A stretch of DNA of 64,000 bases from an uncultured Acidimicrobiales bacterium (GTDB taxonomy: Bacteria > Actinomycetota > Acidimicrobiia > Acidimicrobiales > Aldehydirespiratoraceae), in contig CATOTC010000005.1 of assembly GCA_951812975.1 (NCBI GenBank), positions 242,773-306,772 of the forward strand. The letters run 5' to 3'. The translations under genes were made by a program, and so were the position numbers. The notes under the pieces are model-generated. The model did no database searches. It worked only from the letters and a program-made list of their open reading frames with translations, and was not told the DNA's origin. Within the stretch, counting starts at the first letter, position 1; each line of letters starts with the position of its first letter. This document shows positions 1-9,303 of the stretch, one piece after another.

Positions 1-792
1 AACGAGGGCTACTACCGGACCGCACACAACGACCTCTATCAGGGTCGGGCTATGGCCCTGTTCGTGTTCAACGAACTCGGGCTGACAACCGCTGCGGCAA
101 TCCACGACGGCGACCCCTACACCCAGGGCCTCGCTCAGGCGTTCGTCGACGCCTACGAGGAGATCGGCGGAGAGATAACCGGATTCGCCGGCATTGCCAA
201 GGGCGACACCGACATGGTTCCGGTGCTAACCGAGGTCGCCGCGGCCAGCCCGCAGGCACTCTTCTTCCCGATCTTCCAGCCGGAGGGCAACTTCATCGCG
301 GCACAGGCACCGGGCGTTGCCGGGCTTGAGGACACTCAGCTGCTCGCCGCTGACGGTCTGCTGGTAGACGGCTACCTGGAGTTGGAGGAGACCGAGGGCA
401 TGTACTTCTCCGGGCCCGACGCCCGCTTCGGTGACAACGTCAACCAGTCGACCGGAAAGACCGCCGACGATGTGAGCGGCACCTATGAGTCCCTGTACGG
501 CGAGGCCCCGACCTCACCGTTCTGGGGCCACGGCTACGACGCCACCGCCATGCTGCTCGACGCCATATCGGCGGCAAGCTACGTGGACGGTGACGGCAAC
601 CTCGTTATCGACAAGGCAGGGGTACGCGAGTTCCTCGACAACCTCACCGGTTACAACGGCCTCATCGGCCTGATCAATTGTGACGACTTCGGAGACTGCG
701 GATCGCAGAAGGTGACGATCGTCCACCACCTCGATTCCGACGACTTCCGCGCCTCCATGGAGAACGTGGTCTTCGAATACGCCCCCTCGTAA
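1..792 (+). CDS. branched-chain amino acid ABC transporter substrate-binding protein (LivJ/LivK-like), 5'-truncated by window edge
   Basis: Frame-1 ORF runs from base 1 to TAA at 790-792. Type-I periplasmic binding fold residues are present. Sits upstream of the livHMGF homologues. Confidence 0.8.
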   Translation, partial: NEGYYRTAHNDLYQGRAMALFVFNELGLTTAAAIHDGDPYTQGLAQAFVDAYEEIGGEITGFAGIAKGDTDMVPVLTEVAAASPQALFFPIFQPEGNFIAAQAPGVAGLEDTQLLAADGLLVDGYLELEETEGMYFSGPDARFGDNVNQSTGKTADDVSGTYESLYGEAPTSPFWGHGYDATAMLLDAISAASYVDGDGNLVIDKAGVREFLDNLTGYNGLIGLINCDDFGDCGSQKVTIVHHLDSDDFRASMENVVFEYAPS

Positions 793-943
793 TTGAACAA
801 CTGTTGAGACGGCACCGGCCCCCGCCGCTGTGGTGGGGGCCGGTCCTGTTCCATTGATCATGCCCTCACCCGAAACTGCGGAGAACACCAAGCTGACCCG
901 TCGCCTCGGCGTCGACACGTTCCTGTTCTTCATGAGGGTGGTC

Positions 944-1996
944 ATGAGCACCTTCGTGATCCTCGGTCTGCTCATGTTCATCGGCCAGCAGATCGACCCC
1001 GACAACTTCATCGCGTCGCGCATCAACCCCGACGCCACCGGCCTCACCGCGGCCCAGTTCGAAGGGCTGGTGATCTCCGGGCTCTCGCAGGGAGCGATGT
1101 ACGGTCTGATCGCGCTCGGCTATTCGATGGTCTACGGCGTGCTGGGCTTCATCAACTTTGCCCACGGCGAAGTCTTCATGGTCGGCGCGATGACGGGGAT
1201 GATCACCTCCAACAAGCTCGACGAGTCCGGCGCCTGGGAGAGCAACTTCGCGCTCTCGCTGCTGTTCGTCCTGGTGATCGCGATCATCTGCTCCACACTC
1301 ACTGCGGTGATCATGGAACGTGTCGCCTACCGGCCGTTGCGGGGCTCTCCGCGGCTGATCCCCCTGATCACCTCCATCGGCGTTTCGTTCTTCATCCAGA
1401 ACGTCTCGGTTGTGCTGCTCGGCCCGGGCGCCAAGTCCTACCCGACCCTGCCGGACTGGCTGGCCCAGAAACACGAACTGTTCGGCTTCATCACCATCGA
1501 GGGAACCAGGCTGATGGTCCTGGTGGTGGCAGCAGTATCAATGGTGGCGCTGTGGTACCTCGTCGAGCGGACCAAGATCGGAAAGGCCATGCGAGCGGTG
1601 GCGGAGGACAAGGAGATCGCTTCGCTGATGGGGATCAACGTCAACCGCACGATCGTCACCACATTCGCTGTGGGCGGCGCGATGGCCGGCGTTGCGGGGA
1701 TCCTCTGGGGACTGCTGTTCCGATCGGTGGTCCACACGACCGGGTTCCTGCCCGGGATCAAAGCGTTCAGCGCAGCCGTCGTCGGTGGCATCGGCAACAT
1801 GGGAGGCGCGATGGCGGGCGGGATCACCCTCGGCAGCGCCGAGTCAGTGGCACCGCTGATCCTGCTCGAGCCCTGGGGCATCAACGGCGTCTCCCAACTC
1901 AAGGATGCGGTGGCTTTCCTTGTGCTCATCTTCGTGCTGTTGGTCAAGCCCACCGGCCTGTTCGGAGAACGGCTGTCAACCGAGGACCGAGCATGA
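944..1996 (+). CDS. livH: branched-chain amino acid ABC transporter permease LivH (start uncertain: GTG 830, ATG 860/932/944 possible)
   Basis: LivH core (GLSQGAMYGLIALGYSMVYG...INFAHGE) plus ~40-75 aa N-terminal extension. GAGGGTGG precedes ATG 944. Confidence 0.8.
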   Translation: MSTFVILGLLMFIGQQIDPDNFIASRINPDATGLTAAQFEGLVISGLSQGAMYGLIALGYSMVYGVLGFINFAHGEVFMVGAMTGMITSNKLDESGAWESNFALSLLFVLVIAIICSTLTAVIMERVAYRPLRGSPRLIPLITSIGVSFFIQNVSVVLLGPGAKSYPTLPDWLAQKHELFGFITIEGTRLMVLVVAAVSMVALWYLVERTKIGKAMRAVAEDKEIASLMGINVNRTIVTTFAVGGAMAGVAGILWGLLFRSVVHTTGFLPGIKAFSAAVVGGIGNMGGAMAGGITLGSAESVAPLILLEPWGINGVSQLKDAVAFLVLIFVLLVKPTGLFGERLSTEDRA

Positions 1997-3858
1997 GCGC
2001 CGTCTTCGTCGAACCTCACACACCAGAAAACCTCCCCGCTCGCCGCCTGCTCGACCAGGACTGGCGGAGACTGCTCAACTACGGGGTTCTACTGGCCTTG
2101 GTGCTGGTGTTCGTGGCCCTCACCAACATGCCGGTCAAACTTGATCGCCGAATGCTGATCGAACCGATCTTCTCGATGGGCTACCTCTCGGTGTTCTGGC
2201 TCCCGGCAGTCTTCGGTCTGCTGGTCTGCCGCGAACCGGTGCTGGCGGGAATGCCCAGCTACGCGAAGGGGCGCCGCGAAGTGCTCGCCGGTGCAATGGT
2301 TGGGCTGATCGGTGGCGCGGGCCTCAGTGTCCTCACCGTTCTGCTCGACAACTTCGACCTTCGCGATCCTTTGGTCAACTGGAGTCCCCAACTACTCGAC
2401 CTGTTGTCCTTCGGACGCGGCTCCACCTTCGGTTTCGCCATCTGGCTTCCCATCGGCCTGGCGCTCGGAACTCTCGGCGGGTTGACCCATGTGCTGTCCA
2501 CAACAGCACGGCGCGTACTGGGCTGGGCGTTCGTCACGGTCGTCGCTTTCGCCGTCTTCGAGACGGTGATCATCGACCTCTCCGAAGGCTTTGCCTCGCT
2601 CGGCGCCGAACGTGTGGTCGATGAGATCTACTTCATCCGCGGCGGGCTGACGATGCACGGCGCCGCGATCCTGGCCGTGTGCGGCGGCCTGTTCGCGGCT
2701 TTCGGACGTGACCAGGCCCAGCGTGCGAAAGCGCAGTTCCAGGCCCTGGAGGGAACCAGCCGAACCCGGGCCAATGCCATGGGTCTGCTGGCGTGTGGCG
2801 TCGCTCTGGTGGTGCTGCCCCTCTTCTTAGGCGGCATCACCAACGAGCTGCTGGCCAACGTCGGCCTGTTCGTGCTGTTGGCGCTGGGGCTCAACATCGT
2901 GGTCGGCCTCGCAGGAATACTGGACCTCGGATACGTGGCCTTCTTCGCCATCGGCGGTTACACGGCCGGCATTCTCACCACCACCAACCGGGGAGAGTCC
3001 TGGCCGGACTGGATGCCGGACTTCTACTGGGGCACGGCCCTCATCTTCGTGGTGATACTGGCCGCGCTCGCCGGTCTGTTCATCGGCGCGCCGGTGATCC
3101 GCATGCGCGGCGACTATCTGGCCATCGTCACCCTCGGTTTCGGCGAGATCATCCGCCTGCTGTTCCTGTCGGACTGGCTCGGCGGGTACACCGGGGCCGC
3201 CCAGGGAGTCACCAACATTCCCGGCGTGCAGGTCTTCGGTCTGGCGACGGTCAAGGGAACCGATCCCCGCGCCGTGTTCTACCTGGTGCTGTTCTTCTGC
3301 GCGATCGCCATCTACGTATCGTGGCGGCTGGAACGCAGTCGGCTGGGACGCGCCTGGATGGCGATCCGAGAGGACGAGTCCGTTGCAGAGGCGATGGGAA
3401 TCAACACGGTCAACGCCAAACTCATGGCGTTCGTGGTCGGCGCAGTGCTGGCCTCGTTCTCGGGAGCCATCCTCGCCGCCAAAGTAGGCTCGGTGTTCCC
3501 GAACAGCTTCATCATCCTGGTCTCGATCGTGATCCTGGTGGTCGTGATCGTCGGGGGTATGGGCAACATCGTGGGCGTGATCGTCGGTTCGGTGGTGCTG
3601 ATCGGCATTCTCGGCGGACCGCGCCAACCGGGCCTGTTGCAGGAGTTTTCCGAATACAAGCTGTTGATCTACGGGGTGCTGCTGGTCTGGATGATGTTGA
3701 AACGGCCCGAGGGCCTGGTGCCGAACGTCCGCCGTACCCGGGAGCTCCACCAGGAGGAATACCTTCAGGACGCCTGGCTCCGCGGGGAGATCGACACCGA
3801 CGCCGACTCGCACGCCGACGGCGGCACCGATGCCGAGCCGGGAGTGCTCCCGACATGA
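1993..3858 (+). CDS. livM: branched-chain amino acid ABC transporter permease LivM with extra N-terminal multi-TM domain
   Basis: ATG 1993 overlaps the livH stop (ATGA). C-terminal half matches LivM (GLNIVVGLAGILDLGYVAFFAIGGY). N-terminal ~250 aa is an additional hydrophobic domain. Confidence 0.85.
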   Translation: MSAVFVEPHTPENLPARRLLDQDWRRLLNYGVLLALVLVFVALTNMPVKLDRRMLIEPIFSMGYLSVFWLPAVFGLLVCREPVLAGMPSYAKGRREVLAGAMVGLIGGAGLSVLTVLLDNFDLRDPLVNWSPQLLDLLSFGRGSTFGFAIWLPIGLALGTLGGLTHVLSTTARRVLGWAFVTVVAFAVFETVIIDLSEGFASLGAERVVDEIYFIRGGLTMHGAAILAVCGGLFAAFGRDQAQRAKAQFQALEGTSRTRANAMGLLACGVALVVLPLFLGGITNELLANVGLFVLLALGLNIVVGLAGILDLGYVAFFAIGGYTAGILTTTNRGESWPDWMPDFYWGTALIFVVILAALAGLFIGAPVIRMRGDYLAIVTLGFGEIIRLLFLSDWLGGYTGAAQGVTNIPGVQVFGLATVKGTDPRAVFYLVLFFCAIAIYVSWRLERSRLGRAWMAIREDESVAEAMGINTVNAKLMAFVVGAVLASFSGAILAAKVGSVFPNSFIILVSIVILVVVIVGGMGNIVGVIVGSVVLIGILGGPRQPGLLQEFSEYKLLIYGVLLVWMMLKRPEGLVPNVRRTRELHQEEYLQDAWLRGEIDTDADSHADGGTDAEPGVLPT

Positions 3859-4646
3859 GACAGCGTCTGTTGACCATCAACAAGCTCAGCGTCACCTTCG
3901 GCGGGCTCCACGCCCTCAAAGACCTCGACTTCCACGTCGACGAGGGCGAGATCGTGTCGGTCATAGGACCCAACGGCGCCGGCAAGACCACCTTCTTCAA
4001 CATGATCTCAGGGATGGTCACACCGACCTCCGGCGACATCATCTTCAAGGGCGAGTCGCTGTTGGGGCTCGACCCCAACCAGGTGACCGCTGCGGGAATA
4101 GCCCGCACGTTCCAGAACGTCCGCCTGTTCGCCAACATGACCATCCTCGAGAACGTGATGGTCGCCCAGCACTGCCGCACCCGACAGGGAATCTGGGGTG
4201 CGCTGCTCCAGACCCGCTCCTTCAAGCAGGAGGAACGGGAGATCCGCGAGCACGCTGAGTTGGTGTTGAGCTTCTTCGGCACCCGCCTGGTGGGCTACCG
4301 GCTGGACCAGCCCGCCGCGGTGCTGTCCTATGCCAACCGGAGACGCCTGGAGATCGCCCGGGCAATGGCCACCAGGCCGACGGTCATCCTGCTCGACGAA
4401 CCTGTCGCCGGGATGAACCCCAAGGAGTCCGCGGCGCTCACTCAACTGATCGGGGAGCTGCGCAGCGACTGGGGCTTCACAATCGTGATGATCGAACACG
4501 ACATGAGCGTCGTTCGAGACGTGAGCGACCGGGTGGTGGTGCTCGACCACGGCGAGACGATCGCGCAGGGATCCTACGAGGAAGTGTCGACCAACCCCGA
4601 CGTGATCGAGGCATACCTCGGACGCCCCGCCAAGGAGTCCGCATGA
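3855..4646 (+). CDS. livG: ABC transporter ATP-binding protein LivG
   Basis: ATGA overlap with livM. Walker A GPNGAGKTT present. LivG-type C-terminal extension. Confidence 0.9.
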   Translation: MRQRLLTINKLSVTFGGLHALKDLDFHVDEGEIVSVIGPNGAGKTTFFNMISGMVTPTSGDIIFKGESLLGLDPNQVTAAGIARTFQNVRLFANMTILENVMVAQHCRTRQGIWGALLQTRSFKQEEREIREHAELVLSFFGTRLVGYRLDQPAAVLSYANRRRLEIARAMATRPTVILLDEPVAGMNPKESAALTQLIGELRSDWGFTIVMIEHDMSVVRDVSDRVVVLDHGETIAQGSYEEVSTNPDVIEAYLGRPAKESA

Positions 4647-5392
4647 GCGCTACCGACAACGGCACCGGCAACGGCGCTACCGCCCTGCTTGAGATGCGCG
4701 GTGTCAACACCCACTACGGCGCCGTCCACATCCTCAAGGACGTCGAGTTCTCGATCTATCCAGGCGAGTTGGTGTGCCTGCTCGGGGGCAACGCCTCAGG
4801 CAAGTCGACCACGCTGAAAGCCCTGCTGGGAATGGTGACGCCCACCACCGGCGATGTACTGCTCAACGGCGAGACAGTCACCGACAAACCGATCTCGTAT
4901 CGGGTCGAACGGGGCGTGACGATGGTTCCCGAGAACCGGCGACTGTTCAAACGGCTCTCGGTCAAGGACAACCTCGAACTCGGAGCCTTCCTGCGTTCGG
5001 ACCGCTCCGCCATCGATGCGGACCTCGAGCGGATATTCGCGATGTTCCCGCGGGTCAAGGAGCGACTCAACCAGAAGGCCGGCACCCTGTCCGGCGGTGA
5101 GCAGCAGATGGTGGCGATAGGCCGGGCCCTGATGTCTGACCCGAAGGTGCTGTTAATGGACGAACCTTCGATGGGGCTCGCTCCGGCCCTGGTACAGACG
5201 AACTTCGAGTTGATCAAGCAGATCCATTCGCAGGGAGTGGCCATATTCGTGGTCGAGCAGAACGCCAACATGGCGCTCTCGATCGCGGACCGGGGCTGGG
5301 TGCTTCAGACCGGCCGAGTCGTCCTCGACGACACCGCCGAGGCCCTCCTCGCCAATCCCGATCTCCGTGCCAGCTACCTCGGAGAGACCTGA
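4643..5392 (+). CDS. livF: ABC transporter ATP-binding protein LivF
   Basis: ATGA overlap with livG. Walker A GGNASGKST, signature LSGGEQQM, Walker B LLMDEPS. Confidence 0.9.
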   Translation: MSATDNGTGNGATALLEMRGVNTHYGAVHILKDVEFSIYPGELVCLLGGNASGKSTTLKALLGMVTPTTGDVLLNGETVTDKPISYRVERGVTMVPENRRLFKRLSVKDNLELGAFLRSDRSAIDADLERIFAMFPRVKERLNQKAGTLSGGEQQMVAIGRALMSDPKVLLMDEPSMGLAPALVQTNFELIKQIHSQGVAIFVVEQNANMALSIADRGWVLQTGRVVLDDTAEALLANPDLRASYLGET

Positions 5393-6225
5393 TCAGCCGG
5401 TTTGTCGAGGGCGGTGGCGGCGAGCCGCTCGAGCAGGGCCAGTGTCTTGGAGCGGAGGGTCTCGGCAGCTGTCGCCAGGTTCTCAACGAACTGAGCCTCG
5501 GTGGCAACGGGCGAGTCGACCAGATCGGTGATCGTCTTGACAGCGCCTACAGGAATTGCGTGGAGGTGGCCGACCCATGCAACAGCCGCCGCCTCCATCT
5601 CCTTGACCTCGGCACCGCTGGCAATGATCCTCTCGCGGTCGGTCGGTGACTCGTCGAAGCTGTCGCCGGTCGTGACGATGCCGAGTCAACAACCGAGCGC
5701 TGAGGCGTGACTCCGCAGGTCCGCCGCAGCAAGCTTGCTCTCACCCATGACATCGAAACCCGGTAGCGGGATCCGACGGTCATGACAGGTGAAGCGGGGC
5801 CACGCGAAGTAGGCGTCACCGATCTGCGCGCCGGCCCGGAGCCATCCGCCGGCGGTCCCGATCGAAAGAACCAGATCCGCAGCGGGACGATCCAGGTTGA
5901 GGGGACGATCCAGGTTGAGGGGACGATCCAGGTTGAGAGCGACGTGGGTGGTGAGGGCCGCGGCTGTGCTGCCGACCGCATCGACGCCGAAGATCGGATC
6001 GGTCCCGTTGACCGCGAGGAGCACGTCGGGTCTGTCGTCAGTCGCAGGAGCATGCGAGAGCCGACACGGCAGGCCGGCGGCCCAGACCGGCGGGTCGAGA
6101 GGCTGCGCCCCGAGAGCGTCTCGCAGCGGCGCCGCCTCCGCCTCCATCGCCATGACGATCACCACACGCTCCGCCCGCTCGACAGCGGTGTGACCGCGAG
6201 TCGCGGATCCAGCTTCGGTGCTCAT
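5374..6225 (-). pseudogene. 5'-methylthioadenosine/S-adenosylhomocysteine nucleosidase (MTAN/Pfs; MqnB-type also possible), interrupted by in-frame TGA at 5686-5688 and carrying an LNLDRP x3 insertion
   Basis: Segments align to E. coli MTAN: VIVMAMEAEAAPLRD ~ GIIGAMEEEVTLLRD; SIGTAGGW ~ NTGSAGGL; after the TGA, LGIVTTGDSFDES ~ GLIVSGDAFI and EMEAAAVAWVGH ~ EMEATAIAHVCH. The flanking ORFs 5686-6537 and 5374-5598 are in the same frame, separated only by the TGA. Confidence 0.6.
5884..5937. repeat. perfect 18-bp tandem repeat x3 (GGGACGATCCAGGTTGAG) inside the MTAN homologue, encoding LNLDRP x3
   Basis: Three identical back-to-back copies read directly in the sequence. In-frame. Confidence 0.9.
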
Positions 6226-6398
6226 TGGGCTCGAATCGTAGCGAAGAGCGCCCGCAGACAGGTGAGAGCGTGTCATGTGGCGGGGTGCCACTTCCGCTCT
6301 TGTTCGCTTCGCCCACGGGGCCGCGAGGCCGTGGGCGGCCGCTCGTTCCACGGCCTCGCGCCGTGTGGTCCGCGGGGTCCCACCTATTCGCTCGGCCT

Positions 6399-7403
6399 CT
6401 AGGGCAACAGTCCCAGGGCGTCGGCAACCCGGTCTCGGTGCTGTCGGGCATCGCCGTAGGCGCCCGAGAGGCTCCAGCCCCGCTTCAGCCAGATCTGCAG
6501 GTCGTACTCGAACGTGTAGCCGATAGCCCCGTGGCACTGCAGAGCGGCTCGACAGGCCCGATCAACCGCATCGGACGCCATCGCCTTGGCCATCGACACG
6601 TCGCGGCCCCGCAGCACCGAATCGTCACAGTGTGCGACCGACCAGGCCGCCCGGTACACCAAAGGAGCAGAGAACTCGATCCCCAGTCTGACGTTCGCAA
6701 GATGATGCTTGACGGCCTGATAGGTGCCCACCGGCTTGCCGAACTGCCTGCGCTCGGTCACATACTCGACGGTGGTGTCGAGCAAGCGCCGCGCAACACC
6801 GACACACTGCGCGGCGGTGCCCAGAGCGGCCCGATCAGCCGCCAGAGCGACGTCCGCACCGGCCAGAGGGTGTGCTGCGTCCGGGTCGAAACTGATCTCG
6901 AAGAGGCGACGGGACTGATCAATCGAGTCTTTGGGCGTGACAGTCAACGCCTCAGCATCAACGGCTACCAGCGATTCTGAATGCTCAGCAATCACAAGGT
7001 CGGCCGACGCTGCGGCCACAACATTGGGGCCTCCCGACGCCAACGCCAACGTGACCGTGCTCCCACCACTGAGCGCCGGATCCAACAGCTCAGAAGCACC
7101 CGCAACAGCCAGCGCGGGAACTGCCACGGCCATGTGCTCCATCAACGGTTCGGGGACCCCCGCGTAGCCCGCCTCCTCGAGCAGACGAACCGACGCCACC
7201 TCGTCCATGCCGAGTCCGCCCGCTTCGGTCGGGGCCATGGTCGCCAGCACACCAACCTCTGCGAGCGTGGCCCACAGCCCAGGCACCCGCCCGTCGTCGC
7301 TCTCCCAGCTTGTGCGAATCGCCTCTGCGCTGCACTCGCCGGCGAAGACTTCGCGGACCGTGTCACGGAACATGTCGTGCTCTTCGGTGAAACTGAAATG
7401 CAT
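6399..7403 (-). CDS. acyl-CoA dehydrogenase family protein, partner subunit of a heteromeric ACAD pair
   Basis: ACAD C-terminal helical domain motifs. 5 bp from the upstream ACAD gene on the same strand. Confidence 0.75.
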   Translation of the reverse strand: MHFSFTEEHDMFRDTVREVFAGECSAEAIRTSWESDDGRVPGLWATLAEVGVLATMAPTEAGGLGMDEVASVRLLEEAGYAGVPEPLMEHMAVAVPALAVAGASELLDPALSGGSTVTLALASGGPNVVAAASADLVIAEHSESLVAVDAEALTVTPKDSIDQSRRLFEISFDPDAAHPLAGADVALAADRAALGTAAQCVGVARRLLDTTVEYVTERRQFGKPVGTYQAVKHHLANVRLGIEFSAPLVYRAAWSVAHCDDSVLRGRDVSMAKAMASDAVDRACRAALQCHGAIGYTFEYDLQIWLKRGWSLSGAYGDARQHRDRVADALGLLP

Positions 7404-7408
7404 CAGCG

Positions 7409-8551
7409 CTACCTCCGGGGCAGACCCAGCACGCGTTCAGCGATGATGTTGCGCTGAATCTCGTTGGTTCCCGCATAGATCGGCCCGCCGAGGGCGAACA
7501 CGTATCCGTCGAGCCAGTCGCTCGGGACTTCCGCTTCATCGCCGAGCAGGCGCAGCGCCGTTGCATGGAGCTCCAGATCCATCTCAGACCAGAAGACCTT
7601 CATCAAGCTGGCCTCGGATCCGAGGTCACCGCCTGCCATCAACTCGGCGGTCACAAAATAGGTCTGCCAGCGGTATGCCTCTGCACGGATCCAGGCGTCA
7701 ACCACCTCGTCTCGCAGGCGTGCGTCCAAGCCGTCAGCCGTCTCGCCCAGTTCGGCAGCCAGACGCCTGAGCCGTTCCGCAGCAGCCATGAAACGACCGG
7801 GGCTGCGCAGGTTCAGCCCGCGCTCGGAACCCGCTGCAGCCATGGCCACCGCCCAGCCCTGGCCCGGTTCGCCGAGAACGTGATCAGCGGAGACCCTGCA
7901 GTCGTCGAAGAAGATCTCCGCGAATCCCGACTCGCCGTCGAGGCGTTGGATCGTCCGGCGGGTCATGCCCGGCGCATCGGCCGGCACCAGCAGGTAGCTC
8001 AGACCGGCGTGGCGTTCGGCGGTCGGGTCGGTGCGCACAATGCAGAAGATCCAGTCTGCGTACTTGCCCCTCGAGCACCAGGTCTTCTGGCCGTTGACGA
8101 CATAGTCGTCGCCGTCACGGACCGCCGTCGTCTTGATTCCAGCCAGATCCGAACCGGCTTCGGGCTCAGACCAGCCCTGTGCCCAGATCTGCTCGCCGCT
8201 GGCCATTCTCGGGAGGAAGTAGTCCTGCTGGGCCTTGGTGCCGAAGTTGAAGACCGTGGGGGCCAGCAGGCTCACGCCGTTGGCACTCACCCGGCCCGGC
8301 ACGCCCGAGAGCCAGTACTCCTCCTCATAGATCAGCCATTCGATCAGGTCACAGTCGCGCCCGCCGTAGGCCGCGGGCCACGCCGGCACAGACCAGCTTC
8401 CCTCGAACAGGGTGCGTTCCCATCCCCGATGCTGCTCGAACCCGGCCGCTGAGTCCATCGAGGAGAACTCTTCGGTCGGGCGGTTCTCGTGCAACCAGGT
8501 CCGGCATTCGTCGCGGAACTCGATATAGCGCGGCGACAGCTCAAGGTCCAT
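7409..8551 (-). CDS. acyl-CoA dehydrogenase (FadE-like)
   Basis: ACAD N-terminal, middle and C-terminal motifs (NGQKTWCS...GKYADW; GTNEIQRNIIAERVLGL). Ala replaces the usual catalytic Glu in the YxGT motif, consistent with the alpha2beta2 ACADs of steroid-degradation clusters. Confidence 0.8.
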   Translation of the reverse strand: MDLELSPRYIEFRDECRTWLHENRPTEEFSSMDSAAGFEQHRGWERTLFEGSWSVPAWPAAYGGRDCDLIEWLIYEEEYWLSGVPGRVSANGVSLLAPTVFNFGTKAQQDYFLPRMASGEQIWAQGWSEPEAGSDLAGIKTTAVRDGDDYVVNGQKTWCSRGKYADWIFCIVRTDPTAERHAGLSYLLVPADAPGMTRRTIQRLDGESGFAEIFFDDCRVSADHVLGEPGQGWAVAMAAAGSERGLNLRSPGRFMAAAERLRRLAAELGETADGLDARLRDEVVDAWIRAEAYRWQTYFVTAELMAGGDLGSEASLMKVFWSEMDLELHATALRLLGDEAEVPSDWLDGYVFALGGPIYAGTNEIQRNIIAERVLGLPRR

Positions 8552-9303
8552 CAGCGAAACTCAGCCTTGCGCACACCGCTGGGGTCGAACACCTCCCGGA
8601 TCAGCCTCAACTCCTCATCCGTGGGCAGCCGACTTTCGCCGACATCGCCGGTCACGGCCAGCTCGAAGGGCGAGGCCTCCTGCGCCTGTTCGAGGCTGAC
8701 CCCAGGATGCAGCGAACGCACACGCATCCTGCGGTCTTCGGTGTCGAAGTCGTAGGCCCCGAGGTTGGTGACCACCCGCCTGATCTCGAAGTGTCTTCGG
8801 CTGGCTTCGGGCAGCTGTGCGATGCGGTCATATCCGGGGGCGGAGACAACGTCGACCGTGTTGGAGAAGGTGCGGGCCTGATTCGGTATCCAGTAGGTGG
8901 TGGGGTGGTTGAGCAGGTTGCCCGGAGCTCCACGCAGCCCCAGCAGCTGCGCTTTGGGCTTGCGGTAGGGCCCGATGGCCGCAAAGTTCTGATTGCCGTA
9001 TTGATCCATTTGGCTGGCACCCATCACCACATGGCGTTTCCCCGACCACACCTGATCGAAGACCGTTCTAAACGGCATGTATCCCTCGATCACTGCGGTT
9101 GAAGGGTCTCCACCGAGCGGAAGGTTGCCCTCGATCGCATAGGCGATCGTGTCGGTCAGCATGAGGCCGGGTTCAAAGGACGCCCTTGCCAGACGCCCGG
9201 CGATCACCGGCAGCGGGCCCATCGGGTTGCACAACACTTCGCCGTCACCCCTGAAGGCCTCCGCCAGAGCGACGACGCAGATCTCATCAAGAGTGGCGGT
9301 CAT
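8551..9303 (-). CDS. CoA-transferase subunit B (IpdB/3-oxoacid CoA-transferase beta-like)
   Basis: Homology begins at MTATLDEICVVALAEAF (ATG 9303). The ORF-track N-terminal 119 aa is read-through. Overlaps the subunit A gene. Confidence 0.75.
   Translation of the reverse strand: MTATLDEICVVALAEAFRGDGEVLCNPMGPLPVIAGRLARASFEPGLMLTDTIAYAIEGNLPLGGDPSTAVIEGYMPFRTVFDQVWSGKRHVVMGASQMDQYGNQNFAAIGPYRKPKAQLLGLRGAPGNLLNHPTTYWIPNQARTFSNTVDVVSAPGYDRIAQLPEASRRHFEIRRVVTNLGAYDFDTEDRRMRVRSLHPGVSLEQAQEASPFELAVTGDVGESRLPTDEELRLIREVFDPSGVRKAEFR

Noticed and set aside
1552-1992. N-terminal 147 codons of tracked ORF 1552-3858 (and likewise 2793-3854 of ORF 2793-4646, 15690-16154 of ORF 15690-17159)
   Set aside because: These are Arg/Gly-rich read-through in alternative frames of the upstream gene, typical of high-GC DNA. 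Homology and ATGA-overlapped starts place the real starts at 1993, 3855 and 16155.
2827-3813. Long antisense ORFs (e.g. 2827-3813, 35794-36774, 37176-37934, 47680-48831, 48961-50604, 6225-6980, 8652-9102)
   Set aside because: Each lies opposite a gene with strong family homology. They have Arg/Pro/Gly-biased composition with no motifs. They are expected artefacts of 67% GC sequence.
5374-5598. 74-aa ORF as an independent small gene
   Set aside because: It is in the same frame as, and aligns with, the C-terminal part of MTAN (EMEAAAVAWVGH...VKTITDLVD). It is the downstream half of the interrupted nucleosidase gene.
5686-5688. TGA inside the MTAN homologue as a selenocysteine codon
   Set aside because: No SECIS-like hairpin is evident immediately downstream. 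MTAN is not a known selenoprotein, and the aligned position in homologues is not Cys-centred. Nonsense mutation or base-call error is more parsimonious.
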